64,000 nt of DNA, from assembly GCF_000150275.1 (NCBI RefSeq), contig NW_002060955.1:536886-600885 (forward strand). Reading direction: 5' to 3'. Origin of the DNA: Trichoplax adhaerens (taxonomy: Eukaryota; Animalia; Placozoa). The notes under the pieces were generated by a model that saw only the letters and a list, made by a program, of their open reading frames with translations, did no database searches and was not told the origin of the DNA. Shown one piece after another: positions 13,701-26,950 of this stretch (within the stretch, counting starts at the first letter, position 1; each line of letters begins with the position of its first letter). Position numbers and translations under genes: made by a program.

Positions 13701-15732
13701 AAATTGGCCGATGATCATTGCTATCGGTTACTGTAATAATAACTTGCGTTGTCGATGTAATTGTCGGTTGATTATTTCTATTTTCAGCATAAACTGCTAA
13801 GGTATAGCTTGCGATGGATTCACGATCGATCGTTGATTTCAAAGTTAATACTCCAGTTAGTGTATCAAGTTGAAATGGAACAGCTGATTCAACCAGATGA
13901 TAGTATAGAGGTAGATTTTGACTTCCTTGCGATAGCGTTGCATAGACAGTTAAGATATAGGTCGATGGCTGGCTTGATTCATTAACTTGTCCTTGATATT
14001 GGGTAGCATTAAATACTGGTAATGGAATAGTAGAAGGATCGACAACAGAAATAGTGACTTGAGAGGTAGCTGAATATCGCTCCGATGTTGCATTTTCAGT
14101 CGCATCGATTGTTAATTTTCGCACTTGGCCAATTTGCAAAGGGACATTGGATGATTTATTCATTAAGATATTACCCTGCTGATCGATTTGAAAAGCAAAA
14201 TCGTTATTGCCAGTTAAGATCTGATATTGTAATTGACTATTGCTACCAGTATCATTATCGTAAGCTAACGTTCGTAGGACAAATACTCCACCACGACTAT
14301 TTTGAGGTAGAAGAGCAGAATATTCAGAACGTTGAAAATGGGGTTGATGATCATTATCATCAGTGACTTGGATGGTTAATATCCCACTAGACATAATATT
14401 GGGATGTTTACTATCTGTAGCGTTAATGGTTAATTGATACTGGCTGATATTTTCCCGATCTAATGGTTTAACGTTAATCACCAAGGCAGGATTTTCTCGA
14501 GCATCTAATTGGAAAACCTGGCCAATATTACCAGCAGTAATATTGACATGGACAGGTCCTTCTACATCTGCTTGGTTATAAATAGTTGTCACAAAGGCAA
14601 CTAAGGCTCTATCCACACTATTCTCAGGGACATAAGCAATCGATCCTGATGGAAAAGGTTGAATATTTAATGTAATAGCATTGGGATTAATGACTTTAAT
14701 GCTGACGATCGTTTGTTGAGTATTGCTCGGTTGGCCATGATCGCTAGCAGTCACGGCGATAGTATACGATGTTTGTGTTGGCTGGCGTCGAAGAGTAATG
14801 GCACCTGTGGTAGCATTGATGTTAAAATCATTTTGTACTGTCTTAAAGGCATAACTAACTAGACCAAATTGGCCATCATCACTATCTTCAGCATGAACAG
14901 TTACGATTAAAGTGCCAATCGATGCTGTAGAGAGAATATCTCCTTGATAGGAAGCTTGTTGAAATTTTGGTGCATTATCGTTAATATCTAAAACATAAAC
15001 ATCTAATCGTGTATAACCGACATATTGATTTTTTTGGCTATCGGTTGCTGAAATGTTGATTGCATAATACGATTGTTGTTCTCGATCGAATTTCTTAATC
15101 AGTTGGAGATATAAAACATCACCTTTGGTAATTAAGTTAAAGTGGCCAGTTTCATTGCCAGAGACGATATGATAGAGGATAGCACCATGATCTGGATCAG
15201 CATCGCTAGCTTGGCCAATATGATAATCGGCACCGACATTGGCACTTTCTGAGATATTGACGATATAGCGAGAAGATGGAAATCGTGGAGGATTATCGTT
15301 GACATCGAGGACACGGATGTTAATATCGAATATTTGATCTGCACCACTTGAACCGCTACAATATCGAGCAATTTTCAAGGTGATGCTCGAGGTGGCTATA
15401 TTTTCTCGATCAATACTACGATTGGTAATTAAGCAGCCATTGCTGGTGTCGCTAAATCGGAAATAACTAGCATAACTGCTACTTTGTTGGTTAATGGCAT
15501 AATTGCAATTAGTTCGAGCATCGCCAATGCAGCCAATGGCTTGATTTTGAGCACTTCCATCGGTAACATTAAATGAAGTAACGACTTGGGCTAAACTGCT
15601 GTGATGATGCCCACAACTGGTTAAAAGGATGAATAAATAAAAGAGTTTTATGACCAATGGAATAGTTTGACTATGGATTGGACGATAGCCACCGGATTGT
15701 GGTAAGAAAGGAATTGATATTTTTATTGCCAT
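7739..15732 (-). CDS. Fat/Fat4-type cadherin (about 2227 aa): signal peptide, about 11 cadherin repeats, EGF-LamG-EGF-LamG-EGFx3, TM, about 420-aa cytoplasmic tail. Exons 15732-11725, 11105-11017, 10671-10370, 10123-9888, 9787-7739
   Basis: DRE, DxNDN and AxDxD cadherin motifs in the 1346-aa ORF; two LamG domains (DGLWH twice); EGF cysteine patterns; TM IALILAIVFAAISSIVIAILIYIVV followed by KKERRRRR. Exons join in frame through GT-AG introns (6684 nt). Tail contains EHYDLD and ends AEYV, recalling Fat/Fat4 tail motifs. Confidence 0.92.
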
Positions 15733-18700
15733 ATTAGAATTCCAAAAGAGGATAAATTAATAAAAAGAATAGAGTGATGGGTAAAAGATGATTCCAATTC
15801 AAGACGGAGAAGACGACGTAAATATCGGCTTAAATAAGAAAAAACAAAAAATGGCGTACAGAGGGTTGAAATAGTAAAGGATTTCTTTATTTCTTGGCAG
15901 TTAGTGTAGAATAGATCTGGATTACTGTACCATGAAAGAAATATTGATCCTTGACCGTTATTTTTCCGGAATATTGTCTGGGGGGAAAAATGATGAGAAA
16001 ACTAACGTTAGTCGATTTGAATGAGGGACAAGTATGCTCCATGTCCATCGATTGAAGAATTTTATTGAGTAATTGGATTACCTTTCTATATCGTTGTCTT
16101 CAATTTCTTTTAACAAGATGCCGATGAGAAGCAATTGAAAAGCCCGTACTATTCTTTAACATCAAATGGATTGCGTGATTGACTAGTAATAGCCAATTCA
16201 ATTAATGCAGCGATTTTTTGCGGTACAATTGCAAGTAATCGATTCTCTACAACCACAAATGGAACAACGATCAAAGGTTAGATGGGCAATAATCAACGAT
16301 GGATTAATGGGCTAATTTTCTTATTGAAATCAATTTCACTAATTGCTTGTTAAAGTAGAGTAGTACTTCAAAATTGATGGCTACCACGCTTGATCAATAG
16401 GATTGATTAGAAATATAAGAAAAAGGAGAAAGCTGTTTAACTACACTTTGAATCGCTGCAGGAGTTTGTGTTGCTAAAGAGTTAGAAAAGAAAATTGGTT
16501 AACTGTAGTTTTACTGACTTACCGATTGACTTTGAAAGGAAGTGTCGTGGAGTTGAAATTCTTCTTTTTCACTAATGGCCAAGATTGGCGTTGTTGTAGT
16601 AAGCAAAGCTTTTGATGCTGGCCGGCTTGTTGAATAAACTACGATCGAATTGGAAATGATTTCTAACTGGACGAATGGATTTGTTACAGCAAATTAACAG
16701 TTAAATTTCATTTTCGTTAATGATTTGGATAAAATAGTGAATTGTAATCTATTTCCTGAATGAAATGAAGACTTTAAAGTATACAATATTGCTACAATGT
16801 TCTTTCTGGCTTGAATAGAAATTTTGTGAGGATTTTCCTTCTTTGAAAGAATAGAGACTTGAACTTGGATTACTACAATTTTTTTTTCTTGACTAAGTCG
16901 TTGAAAACCAAGGTTAACCACTACAATTTAACTACTACGTGTAAAAATGAATATTTTTCCCCCTTTTCCTTTCAACAATGGATAAGAAAAATTGAAGAAA
17001 AGGTGATAATCCAAAGATGGACTGTTACGAGTTTAAACCATACCATGCCGCCATCGTAATGCGACTATGGTTTGGAGAAAAAAAGAGAGGAGATGGTTGT
17101 AAGCTGTGTAGTAATAGTTGAAGTAGTTTCTGCTTAGGACTAAATTAGAAGTAGAAAGAAGAGTAGATAAGGATAATATTGAAGGATTGGACGACTTCAA
17201 TTAGCCCTCATTAGGGCCAAATGGACAAGTAATCAATCGACAAACGATTCCTCTTTCTTCTTGGATGAGCAATAGAGAATAGAAGGCAAGAGACGCTGTA
17301 TTTATTAATAACCAGTAAATGGGTCTTGTCTCGGATAATATTGACTAACTAAAGATTAAAAGGCTGTCAATTCTTTCTTTCAATAATTAGAATAGAGATA
17401 GGTAATGGCTTTTTCTTTTTACTTCATTGAGACAGCAGTATAGAGTTGCTAGAAGCCACCAAGAGTTGAACCATGTTTTGTATCCGGTGCGTCGATAAAA
17501 GTAGAAATTAACTTTAGGCGTAATTTTTTTTTTTCTTCTCCTGCCTTTCTCTCTCTCTTCTTTAATTTAACGATGTCTGTCTTTTGCTAACATTCAATAT
17601 TATTTCAATATCATTACCAGAAGCATTAATAAATGTAACGTTGATAATATTGAAAATAGGAGGAAAAAAGAAGAATGTAGCTAATACTATTGGAAGAGAC
17701 ACATTCAAAACGCGTAATTTCAAGCTAATTAAATAATAAGAGAGTAAGAATAAGAATAAAGAAATAAAACAGAAATAACTTGGAGTTAATGGTGATTACT
17801 GTCCAAAGATTGAAATAGTATTGAAAAGATGATTGGACAATATGTTTTAGACGGTTTAATCCAATTGTAGATAGAAGAGACTCGTTGGATATGCAGTCAG
17901 AAAAAAATAGCAATGGCGTCTAAATCAACACAATTGGTAAGTAATGAGTGAGTAAGAGAGGAGATGCTAATGGAATAATTTAATTCAATATTATGCCAAT
18001 CAGGACAGTATTCAACACATTCTTGGCTGAGGAAACTGTCAGGTTAGACACTTACTACAAGTCCTTTAGCCTAGTCTAGTTATTCTTCTACGGAGAAAAG
18101 ATCGCGCAAACATCCACTCTCATCTCCTACAGGCTTCTTTTCTTTCCCTTATTGTCAATAAAATTATAATCAATATGGAAAAGGAGGAAAGAACAATGGC
18201 TAACCTTGGCTCAAGTTAAACAAAAGTTGGAGGAAGAATAAGAAAGAGAGCGGGGGTAAAGGAAGGAGAGAATGGAGGATGAATTTCAAAGTCTGATTTG
18301 GCTTTAGACCACCTTGGGTTAACATTGTCTACCTACAGAGAACATGGCTACTGATTGCAATGGCAAATTGGCAAGCAACACCTTCATCTTCTAAGTAGAC
18401 CTCCTGGTGATTTCATGATTGCTTGAATGATATGGTCCATGTCATTTTAGCAAAATAAGAAGTAATTTCAATTCAATTCTGAAGTAGACAACCCTTCTAA
18501 TGACATTGTTTATGAAATATACCCTTATCCTTGCCGCTCAACCATGAGCAAGGAGGGCAGCAAGCATAATAACTCGATTACGCCATCGTATAACGAAGAA
18601 TCCCTTTCTCGATGCTGGTATCCAAGGGATATTATCTAGGCAAAGATTAGCCTTGCCATGTTGTAATTGATTTTATTCCTTTAAGGGTTTGTTATCGGAA

Positions 18701-21700
18701 TTGAAAGATGAATGGATCAAGGATAATTTCATCCTTACTATTTATCCTTCTACTCATCTTTTCTACCTATCTTTTCTACTAAAATTTTCATCAACAATTG
18801 CCATGTTGAGTGAGAAGAATGAATTCAAAAAGGAGAGAGAAAGTGGTAGTCTTATTTATTACCGCTTGAATCATTTCTCTCTTGCTTTATGAAAGTTGGA
18901 TCGCATGAGTCATGACTCAGAAAATAAGGGAATGAATATAAATGGATCCTACTGATCGATGGTTTTTGCTTTCAGCTAGCAGGGAAATGAGAGATGATGG
19001 AAGGGTTTGTATCACGTTAAGCTGGTTTCATTCTTTTCTAGGAAAGGATTATCTTGTTGTGACATGGAAAGTCGACATGGAATATCAACATGTAGCTTGT
19101 ATTGTAGGCTACAATAATCCCTAGCTAGCCCAATAACTACTATTTCATTGGACTACAACTACAAAAATACTACAATGCTATTAATGATGGAGAACATGGC
19201 AATCCATAGGCAATCTTTTTTATATAGAACTAGAAAAATCGTTCAGGTAGACCTCAATTGCATCTTGCTACCGTAAGGAAGGAGAAACATTGAAATGGCT
19301 TACTATCAACAGAGAGTAGAAATGGATACTCATATTATTTTTGTCTCTCTCCTCTTGTACATAGACATCATTATGTATATATATACACTGAGCGTCTTGT
19401 TTCATCAATATTGCCGAATATTGTCTTGGTTGACTGTTGATCCATTCTGTCTCAAGATGAGGGAAAGAACAAAAGTATTAGCAGCAAAACTAAGCAAATA
19501 TAATCGTTATGGCCGTTAGAATCTGTTCTGACTGGTTGATGGAAATCAATCCGATGAATAATGGATAAATAATCTTATTGATACCGGCGATCGATTATTA
19601 ATAGACTGTAGAAAGGATCAATTGAAATAGACGTCATAAGATGGCAACAATCAATCCCTTAGCAATGGCTTGCTACAGTTGACATTTCCATTTCAATTAT
19701 AGCGGAATCAAAATGTCAAATGTGCTGCATGATGGATTAAGACAAAAACATTTTCATCCTTCATGTTAATTTATTCTTTTGTCCATGTATTCAAATGCGA
19801 CCACCCATCTCCATCATTTCGTTGGAATGTCTTTCTATTTGCGATTATAATTGACTAAATAAATAAATAAATAGAAATAGACGGAAGAGAGAAAGAGATG
19901 AATCAGCATGGTCCATATTGAATAGCCATCGTTCCCACACTCTCTTCGTCATCCTTACTATCTTGCTGTGTAGCCACTAATTACTCTATCGTAGCCCATA
20001 CAAATTGTGGTTTTCCAGTATTAGTGCCATAAATGGAGGAGAAATGCAATCGTTGTGCCTTCTATGCGATCGGCATCTATCAATCATTACCTTCATCCAT
20101 ATACATCACGGAAACCTTAAAGTCGGTCCTACTATCGGATAAGTTTGCTATCATGCAGTAGAAATGGAAGGCCAGTACAAATGAATACTCGTAGAACACA
20201 ACAAGGGATAAATGGATCGCTTTGTATTACCTGCTTGGTTGATGAGAGACAAATATTCTCACCATTGGATTAGTCATCCCATAGGATTAACAGATTGAAT
20301 GCTCAATATAGCGATGAGTAAAATAGAGTACTGTAGTTCCTACTTAAAATAACACGGAGAAAGGCGTAAATTCTACTATTGTCGGTTGTAGATTGATTCT
20401 TTCTCACATTGGATTGGTCGCTGATAAGTACCGTAGCAACTTAAAGATCTAAAAGGTACTAAGAAATAGGATCATCAACATGATCTACTCTTGTCGATGG
20501 CAGACCGGTATTGCTCGTTTTGGATTCGTCATCCATAGATGGTAGCTTGAATATTTCAACTAGGGCTACCTTGCATTCAGGAGCAAATGGCGCAGCCCCT
20601 GCTTAAATTAACACCGAAAAAGCATTCATCTGAATCTCCAAAGATGGTTTATTATATAGAATGATCTTCTTACATTGGGGTAGTCGACTATAAGGAATAG
20701 CTTCAATACTATCAAAATCGGGGCTAATGGACATAGCATAGATACATTAGACAGGTTCAAGAGACAAAAATCAATTGATAAGATGGATAAGAAAGAGTGA
20801 TATTTCTCTAACTAGGTTGAATATGCTAGAAAATATCTTTTTCCTAGGCAAATTAGTTATATAAACTAACTACCGTAGTAAAATAGTCAAGGTTGAAAGG
20901 GTGCTTTGCTTAGGACAGGAATCAATGTTATTTTATTCAAGAATACTATTTCTTATACCCGGCAAATCTTTCATAAGATAGATAAAGTTTCAACATGGGT
21001 TGCGATAGAAAGAAGATAAAAAGTTACTCTCAGTAGATAATAAGGGTAATGAGAAAAAGAGACGAATCAGCATGATCCATATTGAAAAAGAAAATTTCCC
21101 ACACTCGATTGGCCACCCCCTCGGGTCCGCTCTACAGTATCTTAACTAACATCGCAAATAAGTCGTAAACTCGCATAATATGCTATCTCATTAACGGATT
21201 GAGGCCACGTGATGGAGAGGAAAAGGAAATTAAATAAATTTAACGAAGGATAAAGGTCATTTAGTGGTTCTAGTTTCAATCGTACAGTAGTAGAAAGTAG
21301 CTGGTAGTCGCGGAAGTATTCGATGTAAAAGCTAGCCCTTAAAATACCACTTGTGTAAGGACAAAACAGCAGTCAATATGGCACGATATTAATAATCTGG
21401 TAACCTGCTTGTTATCTATCAATAAACATATCTTGAATAATGGAAAGCCAGAGATTACACTAGATAATCTACAATCTAGATTACTACGACGCTGTTGGAG
21501 TAAAACACAGTTTAATTAAAAACAATAAAATAGGATTGCATTGAAAAGAATTATTAAGGAATGTTGATCGAGGAGGCACATTATCCATTTCACTAAAAGA
21601 AATAGTGTACAAGGGCAAAAGTCGGGCATAAGTGACTAACCAAGAGGGCTGATGGAGTAATATCGAGAAGAATACTAGAGTTAGGATGAGACTTGAGAAT

Positions 21701-22074
21701 TCAAGACGAAAAGGGATAGATTGCAGTTCAATAAGTGAATGTGTGAATAAACTCGAATAGGATAATCTAGAACTAAAGCGATTGAGTCTTTTATTTTTCT
21801 AGCCGATTGAACAAAACAGAAGGATTCTTATCTACTGCAACATTAAATCATTATTCCGTAGTAAGGATTAAAATAAAGAATTAAGTCATGATACAGTCAT
21901 TAAACTGTAGTGTTTGACCAACATAAAGATCTATGAGTAAATTTAAATGAATGAATACTAGGATAACTTCAAGGCTAATCAATCCGTGGTAAAAGAGTTT
22001 CAATGATAGCGAAACATTATGCCTCATTATGCTCATATTTCCTTGCTAATTCAACAAAATTAATGTACGAATAT

Positions 22075-22495
22075 CAATAACAATCGGATATTGTAGCAAG
22101 GTAAAATAATTATTCACTACCATAGGCAACAGAACTACTGTAACCTAAATTCATATACTAGTATCTGCGTCAATAATATAACAAGGGAAAATAAATATCC
22201 TCTTTCATAGTCAAGCTAGTTTCAAATACTAGTATTTGTATCAATAATTATACTACAGCAAGAATAAAATAAATATCCATTTTCATAGTCAATTGAGTTA
22301 CTGTAACCCAATTTTGAACGAGAGTTTCCGCATCAATAGTATTGTGATGGTAAAATAAATATCCACTTCCATGGTCAATAGAGCTACTATAACCTAATTT
22401 CAAATACTAGTATCTGCATCAATAATAGGGCAAGGATTAAATAACTATCGACTTCCATGGTCAACAGAGCTAGTGTAACCCTATTTCAAGCGCAA
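22075..22495. repeat. Degenerate minisatellite, about 5 copies of a 70-90 bp unit
   Basis: Recurring 'CAAGGTAAAATAAATATCCACTTCCATRGTCAANAGAGCTACTGTAACCTAATTTCAAATACTAGTATCTGCATCAATAAT'. Confidence 0.8.
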
Positions 22496-24356
22496 GAACA
22501 GGATCGCTAAAGACCCAAAGATAAATGAACGCGGCTATCAAATTATATTATTAATATTGGCAAAACATCAACTGTGGTATGCATGTCTATTCTTAGCTGA
22601 AAAATAAACAATTCTATGCCATCTCAAATCATTCTATTGATCAAGGTAATGAAATAAGACAACTCCAATGAATTCAGGTAATAGATACCCATGGTGTCCG
22701 TTAAAAGCGTTTTGTTAATAAAATCAACTTTTAGCCCCTGTTGATCGATCAATCTCGTTGGCGATATTTGATCATGCTGGCATGATCTCAACGATGGTAT
22801 GCATCTATCGATAAAATAATGGACTGTTTATAATGATGATTAAGCACTGCTAGCAATAAAACAACCAATTCTCTGTCTACAAACCATTAAAGTATTAAGC
22901 AATTACGAGAAAAATTAAAAATTTTATGAGAAGAGATCCTGTAGAACTACTCTATCTATTCCTAACGGCTCTCGTTGCTATAACGAAGACCTAATTCAAC
23001 GGCTGGATATAATAAAAATGTGTTTGAGAGTGTTGGCAAAGTATTATAGTAAGAGTCCATACTGTGGAGGGTAATATTGTTGCTCTTCTTAATAGAAATC
23101 TTTGTCGTGATTACCTTTAAGAATACAATTGATGAATGAAAGGATATTGTTTATTTATTCAAAATTTTAAAATATTCAAATTGGGCAATTAGCTGATGGA
23201 ATGTGACAAAATTATTGTCACTTAAGGTCAGTATAGAAAGAGTTTCCTGCTTCCCGAATCATCTTCCGCCACCCCATTAAGTACAGGCCAATTATCAAGA
23301 CAATCCGTTCAATCCAAATGATGACCAAGTACACGAATTAAGCAGAGTTATGCTTGCTTTCCAATGACCAGGACGTATAACTTTTCTGCAACATAGATAG
23401 GACAAAACTCCATTTGGATTTGGCAATGTTTTTTGTTCTAATATCTATTTTTTGATACATTAGTAATTCAACCTTGATCTAAAGCTACATTGCTTCTATT
23501 CTTCAACATAGTATAAATGTCCTACTGCTATTAAATATGGAGTCGTGGACCAATAGCTATCTAACATTTTCTCTACATCTATATTAAACTTATTCCAGGC
23601 CGATGTACAATTTAAAAGATAATTTTTGAGAGAAATAGATCACAGATTAGGTACAAGTATATTTAGAAAATTCGTTTACTCGTCTATCATGATAAATGGA
23701 TAGAAAGTAGTAGTGGTAAAAGTATCTTTTGTCAAAATCGTAGACAAGTTTTAAAATTAACAGAAATAATTAGTTCTTGTCTTGTTTGTATATTATGCTC
23801 TTGCATACTATCAGTAAAAAGGAGAATAGATTAGAAAGAAAGCCGATTACTGATCAAACAGACACTCGATAATAATCGTGCAGATAGAACTTAATGGGAT
23901 GATAGATGAATTACTAATTAAGAATGGCGACGGCCTCACGGGATGCAAATTATCTTTTAACATTACCACCTAGACTATTGAATGGTAAATTAGACTCGGA
24001 TCCTATAGCTCTTGTAATATAAATTAAATAAATCAGAACGACAATTGAAGTAAATTGTTCCTCATGATATGGACTTTTTATTCAATCGCATGACCTATAA
24101 TGCATCAGCAGGTTATAGAATCTTAAAATGCTTAGGAAGTTTGGCAAGAAATTAGCCTTTAATAGTAGCATAAGTGAAACTGTAGAGATTTATGAACTAT
24201 GCAATACAAACGGCAATTGTTGATACATCAAACTTCTAAATTGCTACACTTCCTAAATTAACTTGAATCTATTCTAATGATATGTATATCTACGTGATTA
24301 ATAAGAGTTTAAAAGTTAAAACTATGCGAATATAGTCCATGCCGATGTTTTAAGTA

Positions 24357-24380
24357 ATATATATATATATATATATATAT
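24357..24380. repeat. (AT)n microsatellite, about 12 units
   Basis: Uninterrupted ATATAT run. Confidence 0.95.
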
Positions 24381-24929
24381 AACACAACAGTATAAGATTA
24401 CATATTTTCCAATTAGAAATAATTAACTAAAAAATTTCCATATCGTCTCTTTATTTGGCTCTTTTAGACAATTTACTAAAGCAATACAGCGAAGTATAAT
24501 TATAAGATTCTGTAACTTTCTTCAAAAATAATCTATTAAAAATTTTGATTATGTTATATCATTTTCATGGTAAGTTAATGTTTATGCTGTACAGTTAAAT
24601 AAAACTATTAGATTGCAACCCTATTCCTAGCCTTTATCTATTAAAGATTTAAATCATTTAACATTCTACCATAAATCAAAATATCTTAACACTGGCAAAA
24701 GATATTGGATTAGACTTTGACTAATCTTAATCAAATGTAAATTTTTTCCCAACCACTAATACTGCAATACTATGAAAGCTGATGTAAGAATCAGACTGTA
24801 AAGCGAATCTATTGAAGCTGCATATTATCGAGCAGTAATTCCATAATTGATTTTAATGTTTCTTATTCATGGCAGATAATTAAGCTTCATTTCATCATAA
24901 TCCAACAGAGTTTCATTTCTACCTGTAAC

Positions 24930-25900
24930 CTTATTAAAAAGTTGCGAAGCCATGCCTAGCTGATTAAACAAAATTTCAAGGACCTAATATTAATTCCGTC
25001 ATTTCATAGGAAAGCTTACTACTCATCAAAAATAATTTAGTATTGAGTTAATCATAACCAAATAAAAATACATTTTAGTCAATAACTGCATAAATTATAA
25101 AACTTTTGTACAACAGATGTGCTTAAGTTGAACTAATCAACAGGCCTTAAATCTCTGATTTGCTAGAAAATTGATCTTTCACGGAAGATAATCTATCGGA
25201 TAAACGAACCATAAGCTTATATTCTATCTTAATCAAATAATAACTCTTTTCTACTAACAATGCTATAAAAATTGTTAAGCTACTGCCTAACTGATCTAAT
25301 ACAAAGCTTCAAATTCCAAATCGTAATCCCATAATTTATCGGAAAGCTTATTGCGCATTACAGATAAATTAAACATTGATTCAGATCTAATCAAATAGAA
25401 ACTCTTTTTAGCCAATAGCGTCGTAAAACTTATAAAGCTATCGATGGCTAATATACTAAAATGTCGAACGTATTAAAGGGTCTCAAATTTACCGCCTATA
25501 GCCAGTAAGAAATGAAACATTGATTAATTAAATCTTAATCCAATAGAGACTCTTTTCGATATAGACGTTCTAAAACTATGGCAAAGCAGATGAAATAAAC
25601 GTTTCACTACCTAATTTTAAACTCATAGAATAGGCCCTTATCATGGATAATAAATTATCCAACCTCTATTCCATATTTAATCCCAAAAGTGATTAATCAT
25701 AACTAATATCTCGTACAAAATTAAAGAATGATTGAGAGACATCCAACTTGATTTCAATCACTAATTTTATAAGCTAGCATGTAATCTTTGTCTCACATTA
25801 CAGCTTTAAACTATAGCATCTTAATCCCATGATTCATCAGAATATTTACTATTGAGAGGAGATAATAATTTAAACATTAATTTAATCGTTATCAAATACA
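24930..25900. repeat. Highly degenerate tandem repeat family (period about 150-175 bp)
   Basis: Recurring blocks: 'TAATCCCATAATTTATCGGAAAGCTTA' near 24990, 25325, 25822, and 'AAACATTGATT..TCTTAATCAAATAGAAACTCTTTT' near 25040, 25226, 25371, 25515, 25872. Confidence 0.6.
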
Positions 25901-26319
25901 TGTTCTTTCAATAACTAGAGCTCAAACTGACTAGAAGACTCTTGCAACTTTGTGTATTCATCAAGCAAGTTTCTTGACATTATTAACTATCATCGATCAT
26001 TGAAATATGCATATTGTGTAGAAGAAAGTCGTATCCTGATTGTTTGGCAGCAGTTAATGTTTATTTTACCATGTCTAATTTCCATTACCCAGTTGATCAT
26101 CAACATGAGCTAATTCAATATTCTAATTATCCAGGTAATCATGAAAGTATTTGGAGGTTATTGTTCCTAAATGCTACGTCATTCTTGATTATTTTATTCA
26201 TTCACGATAAAGAGTAAGCATAAAGGAAATTTTAGGCGTGATGACTTTAATTATTTACCAGAACGATATTTAAAATCAATCTTAGCCAAAGCAGCTTCTA
26301 TGTTTGGACCACGATTAGC

Positions 26320-26950
26320 GCTAATTCCAACCCCCTTTAATACTTGATTGATGGATAATTTCGATTATGCACTATAGCGTAGACTTTGGAGACATAATTG
26401 CGTCGCTTATACGAATTATGGAGAATCGATTTTGAATGTTATAACTCAACTTTGTACATCTTCCAAGCTCTCCTAATTATATTATTAATTCAGTTGGATT
26501 ATTGATGTACCTAAACTAATCATTAATGTCTTTCACGTCCAAATGATGTCAGTCCCTATTCTAAATGATATCTGAAAGTTTAATCTTGGTCGAGATAAAG
26601 TTCTTTACTAAAACACCAATTAAGACTTTTTCCAGCCTTCTTTATTTTAGATTGATAGATAATTTTCGTTCGATACTTGAATATAGATTAAGGAGTAATA
26701 ATTAAGTCTTTACTACAAGGCAAATGATATCTTAAAGATTTATCTAAACCAAGATAAAGGTTCTTCACTAAAAAGTCAATTAAGAGTTAATTCCAGCCCT
26801 CTTTATGCTTGATTGATGGGTAATTTCCATTAGATACTTGAACATGGACTATCAAGTGAAAATTAAGTCTTCAATACAAATTAAGTAACGTTGATTTTGA
26901 ATATTATGACCCCACCTTGCACACCTTTGGGAGGCATATTAATTATATGA
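26320..26950. repeat. Degenerate direct repeats (about 157-bp tandem pair plus older partial copies)
   Basis: 'AGATAAAG..TT..ACTAAAA..CAATTAAGA..TTCCAGCC.TCTTTAT..GATTGAT..TAATTT...GATACTTGAA' at about 26593 and about 26752. Partial copy at about 26325. 'GATTTTGAAT.TTAT.AC.C.AC.TTG.ACA.CTT' at about 26428 and about 26893. Confidence 0.7.

Noticed and set aside
8022-15371. Small ORFs overlapping the cadherin exons
   Set aside because: Shadow frames of Ser/Asn/His-rich or cadherin coding sequence.
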